Origin: a virus
Length of the DNA stretch: 36,144 nt
Direction: 5' to 3' (one strand)
IMG/VR virus record: IMGVR_UViG_3300029675_000028
Under the pieces are notes generated by a model. The model did not search any database, was not told where the DNA came from, and saw only the letters and a list, made by a program, of their open reading frames with translations. Shown one piece after another: positions 21,802 to 31,208 of the stretch. Each line of letters starts with the position of its first letter. Position 1 is the stretch's first letter. Position numbers and translations under genes: made by a program.

Positions 21802-23493
21802 TCAGGCCCTCGCCCTGAGCAGCAGGGTGCATGGGTCGGGTTTGGCGGTGTCGGACGTGTTGGTGGTGGTGCACACCCACTTGCCCATGAGGGTGTCGTA
21901 GTTGTATTCCTTGGTCCTGGCGTTGCCCGCGACCGGCAGTATCAGATAGGTGCCGGCGGTGGGGCTGGCGGCGAGCGCGATGCGGCTGCCGGCCCGGTCG
22001 TAGACGGAGAAGCTGAACGCGTCGTAGTAGCCGCCCTGGGTGGTGATGACCCATTGGCGGATGATGCACAGCCAGATGCCGGGCGCGACCTCGAGCGCGT
22101 CGCCCATGGTGGCGCCGCCCTCGCCCATGAGCGTGCTCGCTGTGGCGGTGAACGCGCTGATGGTGCCGTCCGTGTCGGCGGTGATGGTCGTGCCGTCGGG
22201 TTTGACGACGCCGAGCGCGGTGCTGGTGGCTTTCTTCAGGCCGATGGTCGTGTTTTCGGTGCCGTGGAACTCGATGCCGTCGGGCATGGCGTTGTCCCCG
22301 AGCTTGAACGACAGGGCGAGGTGTTCCCCGTTGCGGGTGACGACGGGGAACGAGCGCGAGTTCGTGTAGTCGCTGTTGCTGACCTTGACGCCGCCGAGGG
22401 TCGTGTCGCTCGCGACGGGCAGCTCGTACTGGCCTGCGGAGGCGTCGAGGGTGCCGTCGGCGCGCACGGTGAGGTTGTCGCCGGGTTTGACGACGCCGAG
22501 CGTGGTCGCGGTCGCGGGCGTGCCCGGGTCGCCGGGGTCGCCCTTTGCTCCCCGGGGCAGGCCGAACGCGAGCGTGGTGTCGCCGGCCGCGTCCCGGGTG
22601 GCGGTGACGGTGGCGTCCATGCCGGCGTCGAGGGTGCGGGCGGTCACGCCGGCGATCCGCTCGCCGCGCGGGATGTCGAGGATGAGGCTCCTGTCGCCCG
22701 CGCCGTCGGTGGACATGCTGGCGGCCGCCTGCTGGGAGGGGTTGACGGTGTTCGCGGCCACGCCGATGATCCTGCTGCCGCGTGGCACGCCGACCAGGAG
22801 CGTGTAGTCGCCCTTGCTTCCGGCCTGCAGCATGCTGGCGGTGGCGGGCTTGTTGGGGTCCAGGGTGGTGGCGCCGGCGCTGGTGACGCCCGCGCCGCGC
22901 GGGATGGACAGGTCGAGGATGCGCTGCAGGCCGCTGCCGCGCAGCGAGGACGTGGCCGGCTGGTTCGGGTCGAGGGTGGTGGTGTTGCCGCCGGTGATGC
23001 GCGCGTCCGAGACGGCCTTGTTGATGCGGATGATGGCCTTGTCGGCGTCGAGGATGAGCTGTTCGATCCGGCCGAGCTTGTCGTCCGCGTCGGGTGATGT
23101 GGCGTCGAAGACGGAGCGTTCCACGAGCCCGTAGAAGTTGCGCGAGCACACCTTGTTGCCGCCGCTGCTGATCTCGATGCCCAACAGGATGCGTCCGGGC
23201 TTGGCGAGCGCCTTGCGTGGCACCGCCGCGCGGAACGTGGCCGTCGCCGCGCCGCTGACCGCGTTCATGGTCACGCGGTCACCAAGGTCGCTGCCGGGAC
23301 TGGTGTTGTAGGCGAGCGCGCAGGTGATTCCGTCGGTTGTGGTGATGGGTGTGCCGTTGTCGGTGAGTTCGACGGTGATGGTGCGGCCGTTGACGTCGCC
23401 GCTGTTGAGGCGGACGTCTGCGATGTATCCGTTGGCGAGGTCGAGTTGGATGGGTTCGCCGGCGGCTTCGCGGAAGCTGTCAAGCGTTGCCAT
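21802..23493 (-). CDS. Tail fibre / receptor-binding protein with a BppU-like N-terminal domain and internal repeats
   Basis: N-terminus resembles baseplate upper protein (BppU_N). Four ~38-aa repeats end in (I/V/L)PRG. A GDPGDPG stretch and two LGVVKP motifs are present. Lies downstream of Tal. Confidence 0.85.
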   Translation of the reverse strand: MATLDSFREAAGEPIQLDLANGYIADVRLNSGDVNGRTITVELTDNGTPITTTDGITCALAYNTSPGSDLGDRVTMNAVSGAATATFRAAVPRKALAKPGRILLGIEISSGGNKVCSRNFYGLVERSVFDATSPDADDKLGRIEQLILDADKAIIRINKAVSDARITGGNTTTLDPNQPATSSLRGSGLQRILDLSIPRGAGVTSAGATTLDPNKPATASMLQAGSKGDYTLLVGVPRGSRIIGVAANTVNPSQQAAASMSTDGAGDRSLILDIPRGERIAGVTARTLDAGMDATVTATRDAAGDTTLAFGLPRGAKGDPGDPGTPATATTLGVVKPGDNLTVRADGTLDASAGQYELPVASDTTLGGVKVSNSDYTNSRSFPVVTRNGEHLALSFKLGDNAMPDGIEFHGTENTTIGLKKATSTALGVVKPDGTTITADTDGTISAFTATASTLMGEGGATMGDALEVAPGIWLCIIRQWVITTQGGYYDAFSFSVYDRAGSRIALAASPTAGTYLILPVAGNARTKEYNYDTLMGKWVCTTTNTSDTAKPDPCTLLLRARA

Positions 23494-23647
23494 TGTCGTC
23501 GTCCTTGTTGAGTTGGTCGGTGAGTTGTTGGTTTTCCTTGGCGAGTATGTCGATCTGGGCTTGCAGGGCGGCGATTTGCACGGTGCTGTCGGCGATCATT
23601 TCGCGGAGTTTGCCGATCATGGCCGGGTGGAGGTTCTTGTCGTCCAT
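23480..23647 (-). CDS. Small coiled-coil protein (55 aa), absent from the ORF track
   Basis: Manual translation: MDDKNLHPAMIGKLREMIADSTVQIAALQAQIDILAKENQQLTDQLNKDDDNGNA. High GC3. The start overlaps the upstream stop by 1 nt, and the 3' end overlaps the fibre gene start. Confidence 0.6.
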   Translation of the reverse strand: MDDKNLHPAMIGKLREMIADSTVQIAALQAQIDILAKENQQLTDQLNKDDDNGNA

Positions 23648-24243
23648 CAGACGTGTTCCTTTCCGTTGTCGGAATGGGTGAGCGATTCGATGAATCGGTC
23701 GGTTGCGCTGACGATGTCGTCGGCGTGCGCGGCAAGGAGGTTGCTGAGTTCCGTTGATTCGACACCCTCCGGCAGAGCGATGGTCGTCGGGGTGTCCGTT
23801 TCATCGGCGGATGCGATGGTTGTGGCGGCGGATGGTAGGGGTGGGAGGCCGAGCAGTCCGCGCGTTTTGTTGCGGCCGGCGGTGAGCGGATCGTCGGGTG
23901 TATTGTCGTCGGGCGCGGTGGTGGTGTTGATGGCGTTTTCGATGGCGTTGTAGGCGCTGGTCCATGCGTTTTCGCCGGTTTCGGGGTCGGGGGCTGGTTC
24001 GCCGTTGTCGCGGACGTGGAGGATCGCGGCGACGGCTTCCTCGTCGCTGTCGATGCCGAGGAGTGTGCGCCATGAGGCGATCGCGGCGAGTGGTATGGCG
24101 TCGTGGCGCATGTCGGGTGTGGGTGGGGTGGTGGTGATGGTCGCCATGCCGTCGGTGACTTCGGCTGGCGGCGCGGCGTCGGCAGTGGTGAGGGTGCGGT
24201 CTATGAGGAGTGTGGGTTGGCCGTTGATGGTGGTGATTTGCAT
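23647..24243 (-). CDS. Hypothetical tail-associated protein (198 aa)
   Basis: MQITTINGQPTLLIDRTLTT...; AGGAGA RBS. Sits between Tal and the fibre gene. Confidence 0.8.
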   Translation of the reverse strand: MQITTINGQPTLLIDRTLTTADAAPPAEVTDGMATITTTPPTPDMRHDAIPLAAIASWRTLLGIDSDEEAVAAILHVRDNGEPAPDPETGENAWTSAYNAIENAINTTTAPDDNTPDDPLTAGRNKTRGLLGLPPLPSAATTIASADETDTPTTIALPEGVESTELSNLLAAHADDIVSATDRFIESLTHSDNGKEHV

Positions 24244-24251
24244 GGTGTCTC

Positions 24252-26717
24252 CTATTTTTTGAGGAAGCCTATGGTGTTGAGGTAGTAGGCTTTGGTGCCT
24301 ATGTAGAGGTTGCTGTGGTTTACGTTGATGGAGAGGTTGGAGACGACGCCGGTGCTGTTGTTCTTATTCCAGTGGGCGGTGACTTCGGTGACGACCTTCT
24401 CCGGCCCGGTGGATACCCAGACGAGCCAGCCGCTGGCCCCGCAGTCGGATACGGTGCTCCAGATCAGCGCCCAGTCGTCGCCTCGGTGGTCCACGGTGGC
24501 GAGCGCCTTGTAGGAGCCGTATTTTGCGGGATTGGAGGATGTGAAGGTGTACTGGCTGTATGTCATGGGTGCGCCGCTCTTGTTTACCCACCATGCCGTT
24601 TGGAAGGTGTTTCGTCCGTTGATGCCGCCGAGGTAGCCGCCGAGGTACATGTATCCGGTGCTGATGTCGGCGACCAGTCCGATTTCGCCATTGGCGTCGC
24701 CGGCGGTGGCGTAAACTTTCGCCTTGCTGCCGGTGGCTTTGACTCCTGCGCGGCAGGTGTCGGACGGGGACCATGCGTTTAGGATTGCCTCGCCGCCGTG
24801 GCCTTGCCGTGAGTAGAGGTCGAGGCTGCCGCCGCTGTCGGTGGTGGAGTCCTTGGAGTATTCGGTGTTGGCCATGAGGTACGCCTGCGATTCGATCTTG
24901 CTGGTGTCGCTGAGGTACTTGTGGCTCCAGAATCGTCCGAACGCGCCGGGGGTGCCGGCGGTGCGGTAGCCGGACAGCATGGCGAGGCCGCTCATGTCGC
25001 CGGTCTTGTTGCTCCTGGAGTACGACCATATGCTTGGGCTGGAGGCATAGGCGCCGTCGAGTGGGAAGCTGATGCCGCTGCCGTCGTAGGTTTCCGTGCC
25101 GCCGATCTGGTAGCTGTCGAAGTCGGGGCTGATCCTGACTCGTTTGCCGGTTCGGGCGGTCTGGAAGGTACCGACGAGCAGGTTGCCGGCTCCATTGCCG
25201 TCGAGGTGGACGGTCTCGTTGCCGTTGGCGTCGGTCATGACGAACCGGCCGGTGTCGAGGTCCCAGTAGTTCAGGCCTGCGGCGCCGGAGAGTCGGCCGG
25301 TGAAGATTGTGTCGGCGAAGATGCCCTTGCCGTTGGCGAGGCTGCGGAAGTCCCAGTCTCCGTTTGCCTTCTTGTGGTCGGCGATGCGCCAGTAGCCGCC
25401 GCCGATGTGGATGCATTGGGTGGGGTTCTGGTCTTCGGGCTTGTCGTACACGTAGATGCCCTGGCCGGGTTTGAGGTACGTGTATCCGCCGGTGGCGTTC
25501 ATGATCTGGTTGATCCGGTCGATGAGGTCCTTCATGTACGGGCCGGCGCCGCCGGCGGCGCTGTTCCATGCGCCGGAGTTGGAGACGAGCTTGTCCAAGG
25601 CCTGCTGTTGGGCGGCGAGGCGCTGCGTGTAGGATTGCCGGATGTTGCCGAGGGTGATCTTGGTGTCGGCGAGGCTGCCGGCCAGGTCTTCCTCGATCTG
25701 GAGGATGCGGCCTTCGAGGCGCAATGGTGTGGTGAAGCTGGTGTCGATGATCTGCACGCCGTCGCCGACGTCCGTGCCTTCCGCGCTGAGGCCGGCTTGT
25801 CCGAGGGCGGTCACGTCGGCCGTGTAGGAGACGACGGGCGTGGTGCGGGTCTTGAGCGCGTTTTTGGTGAGGGTGAGGAGTTCCTTGGGGTCTTCGCAGT
25901 CGGGGAAGTCCACGCTTGCCTCGCTGTGGTGTTTGGTGCCGTCGGGGCCGGGTATGCCCCAGTTGGCGAGCGCTTGGTCGTCTTGGACGTAGGGTTTGCC
26001 GTCGTTGACGTCGGCGAAGCTGATCTTGCGGCTGTATCCGCCGGTGGCCTCGCCTTGGTCATTGGTTTGTTCGATGCCTTTGCCCCACCCGTAGAGGCGG
26101 GTGATGACGTCGCCGCTGTCGATGTCGCGTTTGATTTGGGTGAGGTCCTTGCCGTATTCGAAGCGTTTCGTGGTGTTGGTGGAGCCCCGGTGTTCGACGA
26201 GGTGGATGATGCGCCGGCCGATCTGGTTGCCGGTCGGGTCGGGCTGGTATTCGGTCTGGACTTCGAGCCCGTAGGTGTCGGCGGTCTTCTGGACGGCGTC
26301 GAGGACGGTGCAGTGGTAGAATGCGAGGTCCGCCGTGCCGGTGATGGTGCCGGTCTCGACTGTGCCGACCGCCCACCGGGTGCCTTCGAGGGCTTTGGTC
26401 AGGCAGGCTTTGGCGTTCGCCTTGCGGTTGCGTTTGTCCTCGATGTACGTGCGCGAGAGTTCCGCGATGCTGCCGGTGCAGTAGGCGACGGTGACGGGCA
26501 TGCCTGCGGCGCGGGCGGTCTGGGTGGACTGGCACAGGTATTCCGCCCAGCGGCCCATCGAGTCCTTGAACACGATGCGTTCGTCCTTGTTGATCTCGCC
26601 GATGGTGGTGATGTCGAGGGTGTCGGTCGCGTCGGTGGCTCTGGTGCGGATGGCCTTGATGGCATAGGGGAGGTCGCCGAGCGGGTTGCCCCAGCGGTCG
26701 AACAGCATGTATCGCAT
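24252..26717 (-). CDS. Tail-associated lysin / prophage tail endopeptidase-like protein (Tal), 821 aa
   Basis: Starts at the internal Met (MRYMLFDRWGNPLGDLPYAIKAIRTR...) of the 1400-aa track ORF, with AGGAG 5 nt upstream. Lies downstream of Dit. The upstream part of the track ORF is a shadow over the TMP gene. Confidence 0.88.
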   Translation of the reverse strand: MRYMLFDRWGNPLGDLPYAIKAIRTRATDATDTLDITTIGEINKDERIVFKDSMGRWAEYLCQSTQTARAAGMPVTVAYCTGSIAELSRTYIEDKRNRKANAKACLTKALEGTRWAVGTVETGTITGTADLAFYHCTVLDAVQKTADTYGLEVQTEYQPDPTGNQIGRRIIHLVEHRGSTNTTKRFEYGKDLTQIKRDIDSGDVITRLYGWGKGIEQTNDQGEATGGYSRKISFADVNDGKPYVQDDQALANWGIPGPDGTKHHSEASVDFPDCEDPKELLTLTKNALKTRTTPVVSYTADVTALGQAGLSAEGTDVGDGVQIIDTSFTTPLRLEGRILQIEEDLAGSLADTKITLGNIRQSYTQRLAAQQQALDKLVSNSGAWNSAAGGAGPYMKDLIDRINQIMNATGGYTYLKPGQGIYVYDKPEDQNPTQCIHIGGGYWRIADHKKANGDWDFRSLANGKGIFADTIFTGRLSGAAGLNYWDLDTGRFVMTDANGNETVHLDGNGAGNLLVGTFQTARTGKRVRISPDFDSYQIGGTETYDGSGISFPLDGAYASSPSIWSYSRSNKTGDMSGLAMLSGYRTAGTPGAFGRFWSHKYLSDTSKIESQAYLMANTEYSKDSTTDSGGSLDLYSRQGHGGEAILNAWSPSDTCRAGVKATGSKAKVYATAGDANGEIGLVADISTGYMYLGGYLGGINGRNTFQTAWWVNKSGAPMTYSQYTFTSSNPAKYGSYKALATVDHRGDDWALIWSTVSDCGASGWLVWVSTGPEKVVTEVTAHWNKNNSTGVVSNLSINVNHSNLYIGTKAYYLNTIGFLKK

Positions 26718-26725
26718 TGGTGCTC

Positions 26726-27508
26726 CTAGATGAGGGTGAGTGGCCTGTACGTGAGGCTGGCGCTGGTTGCGCCGGTGAGGGTGAGCGTGTTCAGGCCGGG
26801 CAATAGGGGGAAGTAGTCGGATTCGAGTGTGGGGGCCATGAGGTTGCCGTTGACGCGCAGCTCGCGCTTGTCGGGGTCGGTGATGATGGTGATGCGGCCG
26901 GTGATCGCGGTCATGCCAGCGATGGCGAGGGTGTGGCCGTGCGCGTCCTTGACGCTGATGGTCTTCGCGCCGTTGGCGGGGGCGATCGTCCATGTGGGCC
27001 AGCATGGCCGGTTGCCTTTGGCGTGGATCGTGGTCGCCCCCGTTTTGAGCGCGGCGGTGATGGTGCGGCCGATGAGGCAGGGATGGGCGTCGATGGTGGC
27101 TTGCACGAGCGTGGCGATCTGGTGGTCGCCGGTCCATTTGTCCTCCCATGCGCCGAGGCTCAAACGTCCCTCGTATTCGCCGGGCAAGCCGCGCCATGAG
27201 AGCGTGACCACGGTGCCGGAGAGGGCGGCGAGGCGGGTTTTGGCGGTGAGGATGTCGTCTTCGCCGCCGATGGCGTACAGGTTGAGCGTGATGGTGCGGT
27301 TGCCCATGTATGCGGCCCCGGTCGGGTCGGTGAGGGTCAGGTCGAGCCGGCCGTCGCGGCCGGGCATGTCCTGCATGCTCACCGTCGGCGCGGCCTTGTC
27401 GATCGCGATGCCGGCGGAGGTCAGGGAGAGCATCATGCGTTCCAGCGGCGTGCCGTTGAGCGTGGGGTCCTCGACATGCGGCAGGCGCATGCGTCGCTGG
27501 TAGAGCAT
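26726..27508 (-). CDS. Distal tail protein (Dit)
   Basis: 260 aa immediately after the tape measure gene; sequence typical of siphovirus tail-family proteins. Confidence 0.85.
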   Translation of the reverse strand: MLYQRRMRLPHVEDPTLNGTPLERMMLSLTSAGIAIDKAAPTVSMQDMPGRDGRLDLTLTDPTGAAYMGNRTITLNLYAIGGEDDILTAKTRLAALSGTVVTLSWRGLPGEYEGRLSLGAWEDKWTGDHQIATLVQATIDAHPCLIGRTITAALKTGATTIHAKGNRPCWPTWTIAPANGAKTISVKDAHGHTLAIAGMTAITGRITIITDPDKRELRVNGNLMAPTLESDYFPLLPGLNTLTLTGATSASLTYRPLTLI

Positions 27509-27526
27509 ATGCTCTCCTCTCTGGTT

Positions 27527-30427
27527 TTAACGGCCTCTCATGGCGAGGCTGTTGAGTTCGTAGCTCATGGGTTTGGCGAGCTTGCCGGCCATGACCTCGC
27601 CGCCCCGATCGGACAGGTTGAGCGTGATCCCGGCCGTGAGCGCCTGATCGATCGCGTCGATGATGTCCTGCTTGGTCGCGTACTCGGCCGTATGGTCGTC
27701 CACCGTGTAGGCGATCCGGCCGTTGCCGACGACGGCCGAGTATGCGAGCGGGGTTTCGAGCCGGCTGGCGTCGGTCTTCAGGCTCACGGTCGGGACTATG
27801 TCGGTCAGTCCGTCGATGCTGTCGGCGACGAGGCCGCTGGCCTTGTCGATGCCTTGGGCCATGCCGGCGGGTATCCATTTGCCCACTTCGTCGCGGAAGA
27901 TGCGTGACGGGCTGTGGATGCCGAGCACGCCCTTGGCCCAGCCGATGAGGTTTTTGCCGAGATTGCCGATGGTGTCCTTGACCCATTTGAACGCTCCGCC
28001 GATGCCGTTGATGAGGCCTTGGATGACCTGACGGCCGGTGTCGTACAGCCATCGGCCGGCGCCGCTGACCGCGCCGAGCACGGTGCTTTTGATGCGGCCG
28101 ACGGTGTTGCTCACGCTCTGGATGCCGTTGGACACGGCCGATGTGATGCCGTGCCAGATGTTTCCGAGGAACGAGCTGACGCGGTTCCATACGCTCGTCC
28201 ATACGCCGCTGATGGCGTTCAGGACGGTCGAGATGGTGTTGCGCACATTCTGGATGCATGTGGACACCACGCCGCTGATCGCGTTCCAGATGGTGGACAC
28301 CACGCCGCTGATCGCGTTCCAGATGCTCGCCCACACGCTCTGGATCGCGTTGAGGACGTTGCCGATCGTGGTCTTGATGCCGTTGATGATCGGCGTGAGG
28401 AACGCGACGATGCCGTCCCATGTGGTCGTGAAGAACGATTTGATCGCGTCCCATGCGCCCTGCCAGTCTCCCTTGAGGAAGCTGAGGAACACGACGATGA
28501 CTGTGCGGATCGCGTTCACCACGGTCGAGATGCAGGAGCTAATCAGCCCGAAGATCGTGGACACGACGTTGTAGATCGCCGTCCATACGGTGCTCCATAC
28601 GGTGTTCGTGCTGTTCATCTGCTGGGTGATGAACGAGAGTATCCAGCCGAACACGGTGTTGATGCCGTTCTGGATCGCCTGCAAGGGTGCGACGATGAGC
28701 GCGCCGATGACGGTGAACACGTTGACGATGAAGTCGCGTATCCCGTTGAATATCGTCGTGGCGGTCGTGCTGATGCCGTTCCAGACGCCGGACAGGAACG
28801 AGGTGATCGACGTCCATGCGCTGGTGATGCCGCCGCTGATCGCCGACCACAGGTTAGCGAGGAATTCGCCGAGCCCGTTCCATATCGCCTTAGCGCCCTC
28901 CACGAGCGCGGCCCATGTCTCGGACAGCCATGAGGTGAACGCGGCCCATGCCTTGCGCCCGGCCTCGGTCTGGGTGAAGAACCATGCGAGCGCGGCCACG
29001 ACGGCCGCGACGGCGACGGCGATCGCGCCGATGGGGTTGGCGGCTATGACGGCGTTGAACGCGCCCTGCACGGCGGTCGCCATCTTCGTGGCCGTGCTCC
29101 ATGCGGTCTGTGCGGTCTTGACGAGGCTCAGCCCTCCGGCCATCTGTTTGAGCATGGCGACCGGGCCGCCCAGGTCCGTCATGAGCATGATGCCGTTGCT
29201 GACGCCCTTGGCGGCGGTCGTCACCGTGTTCATGGTTCCGGTGAGCGCCTGCAGACCGCTGTTGAGCGCCTGATAGCCCTTGACTGCGGCGAACGCCGTG
29301 CCGATGCCGATGATGATGGGCGCGAGTTCCTTGCCGTGCCGGACGAACCAGTTGAGCGTGTCGGCGACGAGTTTGATGCCGTTGGCGAGACCGTCTGGGG
29401 GGATCATGTGCGCCCAGTCGATGACCATGTTGACGACGCCCATGATCGCGTCCCGAATGGTGTCCCATGCGCTTTTGAACGCGGTGATCGCGCCGTTTTC
29501 CTCCAGTTTGGAGTAGAGGCGCTGGAACCAGCCGATGAGCCCTTCGATGCCTGCCTGGACGACGGGCACGGCGTTGGTGACGCCGTCGGCGATCCAGCTC
29601 ATGCCGCCGGTGATGGCGGGTTTGGCGGTGTCGAGCACGCTCGCGCCGAGCTTGACGAACGCGGCTTCGAGGTTGCCGGTGGCTCCCTCGATGGTGCTGG
29701 CGCTGGTGGCGGCTTCCACGGCGGCGTCGGTGAAGCCCAGGGACATGATCGCGTCGTTGAATTCCTGTGCGGTGATCTGCCCGTCGGCCATGGCGTCGCG
29801 GAAGTTGCCGGTGTAGGCTCCGGCTTCCTTGAGCGCCTGTTGGATTTTGCCGCTTGCGCCGGGGATCGCGTCCGAGAGCTGGTTCCAGTTCTCGGTCGTG
29901 AGTTTTCCTTGGCCGGCGGTCTGGGTCAGTACCATCGCCACGCTTTTGAAGGTGTCGGCCGATCCGCCGGCGACGGCGTTGAGGTTGCCTGCGGCTTCGG
30001 CGAGCCGGTCGTAGTTGGGCACGCCGTTGGCGGCGAGCTGCGCGGTGGTGTTGCGGATGTCGTTGAGGTCGTAGACGGTCTTGTCGGCGTAGTCCTGCGT
30101 GCTGGCGGTGAGTCGTTTGATCTGCCTCTCGCTGACGCCGGCGAAGTTCAGTGTGCTGGCGAACTTCTGGGCGCTGTCGGAGGCGCTGGTGATTTCGCCG
30201 GACAGGCCCATGAACGCTTCGATGGCCTTGCCCGCGACGCTTTGCGCGATGCCGGTGATGACGCCGAGTTTCGCGCCGAAGCCGCCGGCGAAGCCGTTGC
30301 CGGCTTTGATGCCGGCGGTGTTGCCAGCGGTTTCCGATGCGCTGCCGAACGCCGATTCGATGGCCTTGCCGACGCCCTTCATGCTGGGCACGACCTGCAC
30401 GAACGCGGTGGCGATCTCGATTGCCAT
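27527..30427 (-). CDS. Tape measure protein (966 aa)
   Basis: Long helical protein with 11-residue W/F/I periodicity in its C-terminal half. Conserved GIHSPSRIFRDEVGKWIPAGMAQGI motif. Follows the G/GT chaperones. Confidence 0.95.
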   Translation of the reverse strand: MAIEIATAFVQVVPSMKGVGKAIESAFGSASETAGNTAGIKAGNGFAGGFGAKLGVITGIAQSVAGKAIEAFMGLSGEITSASDSAQKFASTLNFAGVSERQIKRLTASTQDYADKTVYDLNDIRNTTAQLAANGVPNYDRLAEAAGNLNAVAGGSADTFKSVAMVLTQTAGQGKLTTENWNQLSDAIPGASGKIQQALKEAGAYTGNFRDAMADGQITAQEFNDAIMSLGFTDAAVEAATSASTIEGATGNLEAAFVKLGASVLDTAKPAITGGMSWIADGVTNAVPVVQAGIEGLIGWFQRLYSKLEENGAITAFKSAWDTIRDAIMGVVNMVIDWAHMIPPDGLANGIKLVADTLNWFVRHGKELAPIIIGIGTAFAAVKGYQALNSGLQALTGTMNTVTTAAKGVSNGIMLMTDLGGPVAMLKQMAGGLSLVKTAQTAWSTATKMATAVQGAFNAVIAANPIGAIAVAVAAVVAALAWFFTQTEAGRKAWAAFTSWLSETWAALVEGAKAIWNGLGEFLANLWSAISGGITSAWTSITSFLSGVWNGISTTATTIFNGIRDFIVNVFTVIGALIVAPLQAIQNGINTVFGWILSFITQQMNSTNTVWSTVWTAIYNVVSTIFGLISSCISTVVNAIRTVIVVFLSFLKGDWQGAWDAIKSFFTTTWDGIVAFLTPIINGIKTTIGNVLNAIQSVWASIWNAISGVVSTIWNAISGVVSTCIQNVRNTISTVLNAISGVWTSVWNRVSSFLGNIWHGITSAVSNGIQSVSNTVGRIKSTVLGAVSGAGRWLYDTGRQVIQGLINGIGGAFKWVKDTIGNLGKNLIGWAKGVLGIHSPSRIFRDEVGKWIPAGMAQGIDKASGLVADSIDGLTDIVPTVSLKTDASRLETPLAYSAVVGNGRIAYTVDDHTAEYATKQDIIDAIDQALTAGITLNLSDRGGEVMAGKLAKPMSYELNSLAMRGR

Positions 30428-30428
30428 G

Positions 30429-31153
30429 TTATGCCTCCCTGATGGTGGTGCGCGGTGCGGCCAGGTATGCGTTTAGTTGTTCGTCGTCCATCGCCATGAC
30501 CTCGCCTCCCGTGGCTTCATGCCGGACGGTGCCGGGGCGTTGGAGTTGTCCGCGCCAGCGCGCGCCCTTGCGTGAGGCTTCCTTGGTTTTCGTCCAGGCG
30601 AGGAAGGCGAGGCTGTCGCGGATGTCGGCGAGGAGGTAGGTTTGGTCGTCCCATGCGAGTCGCGGGTTGATTTTTTGCCAGATGATGGCCTGGCGGGGCA
30701 GGTTGGCGGCCAGTGCGGCCGCCAGGTTGGCGGGCAGTTCGCCCGTCCATATGAGGTCGGTGTCGAGCCCATAGAAACGCTGGAAGTCCGCTTCGAGCGC
30801 GTCGGGCGCTGTGGCGAGCATTCCTATGAGCGTCAGGAGTTTGGGGCGACCTGTTCGAGGAGCTGGGCGATGAATTCGCTGACCTTGTCGATGCTCACGC
30901 GGCCGGTGTCGGGGTCGCGCAATGCGTCCTTCATCGCCGTGTACCGGTCGCCGCACAGCTTCTTGAGGAAGGGGACGATGGCGAACGCGCCGGTGCCGTC
31001 TCCGGTCTGGGCGGTCTGGAGGTCGTAGAGGTATTCGACCATGTCGAGGTCGTTGAAGATCGCGGGGCTGATGGTGACGGTGACGCCCATGACCTCGACG
31101 GTCTTGGGCTGGTTTTTCGGTGTCTTGTGGTCATGCGGCTGCTTGGCTGCCAT
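30429..31153 (-). CDS. Tail assembly chaperone G-T fusion product, made by a -1 frameshift at 30839-30845
   Basis: The G frame (31153..30833) and the overlapping -1 frame (open to 30429) are linked by a CCCAAAC heptamer two codons before the G stop. This arrangement is conserved upstream of tape measure genes. Confidence 0.75.
30833..31153 (-). CDS. Tail assembly chaperone (gpG-like)
   Basis: 106 aa; AAAGGA RBS; lies between the major tail protein and the TMP. Confidence 0.85.
   Translation of the reverse strand: MAAKQPHDHKTPKNQPKTVEVMGVTVTISPAIFNDLDMVEYLYDLQTAQTGDGTGAFAIVPFLKKLCGDRYTAMKDALRDPDTGRVSIDKVSEFIAQLLEQVAPNS
30839..30845 (-). promoter_or_regulatory. -1 programmed ribosomal frameshift slippery heptamer C CCA AAC
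   Basis: Minus strand reads GTC GCC CCA AAC TCC TGA. Slipping CCA-AAC to CCC-AAA enters the T frame (LLTLIGMLATAPDALEADF...). Confidence 0.7.
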
Positions 31154-31208
31154 ATGCGTGTCCTTTCAGAGGGGGTGCGCCCGCCGGACGGCGGGCGCTG
31201 GGTGGAAT

